A stretch of 44,143 nt of DNA from a virus (taxonomy: Duplodnaviria > Caudoviricetes). Position numbers and translations under genes: made by a program. Every line of letters starts with the position of its first letter. The stretch's first letter is position 1. A model generated the notes under the pieces. The model saw only the letters and a list, made by a program, of their open reading frames with translations, was not told the origin of the DNA and made no database searches. The DNA lies in the IMG/VR virus record IMGVR_UViG_3300031629_000006, positions 1 through 44,143 of that record. One strand, written 5' to 3'. Of the stretch, positions 43,851 to 44,143 are shown in pieces.

Positions 43851-44084
43851 TTATTTCATAATGCCTTTTATTTTTACTTCTTCATCGCAGTGTGGGCAGT
43901 ATGTAACTAGCTCTAACTGGTCATGGTTTTCAGCCCAATAAATATCAGGTATTTGTAATTTGTTAATCCAGCCGTTATCGCTTAACTCCATATCCCTAAT
44001 CAAATCAAAGTATTCATTACACTCATCATTTGGGCATAGCACGTTAAGCTCTATTTTTAGATCCGCTTCTACCTCTTCAGTCAT
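43851..44084 (-). CDS. Small Zn-ribbon-like protein
   Basis: CPNDEC...CPHC. Confidence 0.65.
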   Translation of the reverse strand: MTEEVEADLKIELNVLCPNDECNEYFDLIRDMELSDNGWINKLQIPDIYWAENHDQLELVTYCPHCDEEVKIKGIMK

Positions 44085-44143
44085 CCGAACAATCCTTTTA
44101 GTGCTGATGCTTGTGAATTTCCGTACTCTCGCTCTAGCTGCGT
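44081..44143 (-). CDS. C-terminal fragment of upstream gene (truncated by window edge; position suggests replication region)
   Basis: Open frame TQLEREYGNSQASALKGLFG* with an ATGA overlap to the next gene. Confidence 0.5.
   Translation of the reverse strand, partial: TQLEREYGNSQASALKGLFG

Larger units (their letters stand above)
1..44143. mobile_element. Temperate podovirus-like phage genome, near complete and in non-integrated (attP-intact) form
   Basis: Contiguous repressor, recombination, xis/int/attP, nin/Q, packaging, head, tail, lysis and ejection modules. No host housekeeping genes. No tape-measure or tail-tube genes. Confidence 0.95.

Overview
The window is most of the genome of a temperate, short-tailed (podovirus-like) dsDNA phage, probably of a Gammaproteobacterium. 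The cro and replication genes appear to lie just outside it. The + strand (1-6.7 kb) is a lambdoid early-left arm: CI-like S24 repressor, pL-like promoter, YqaJ exonuclease, SSB, xis and int, then an intact attP whose core is the 3' half of tRNA-Pro(GGG). The - strand (44.1 to 6.7 kb) carries nin-type genes, a Q-like antiterminator, TerS/TerL, portal, scaffold, an N4-gp56-like capsid, adaptor and nozzle. These are followed by an eight-gene tail-fibre block with three Gly-rich adhesin-like modules, a lysis cassette containing a metallophosphoesterase, and five ejection-protein candidates. The strand ends in a 3236-aa polyvalent virion protein with C5 DNA methyltransferase, LPD5/LPD1 zincin, ART-like, second zincin and LPD38 modules. 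The most interesting leads are: (1) this probably injected multi-enzyme protein, whose C-terminal modules are separated by a recurring hydrophobic-F-S-R junction, and (2) an apparently branched three-adhesin tail, where two duplicated domains in the main fibre match two secondary fibres that share an MSK(A/V)RD N-terminus. All family assignments come from recognising motifs by eye; no searches were run.
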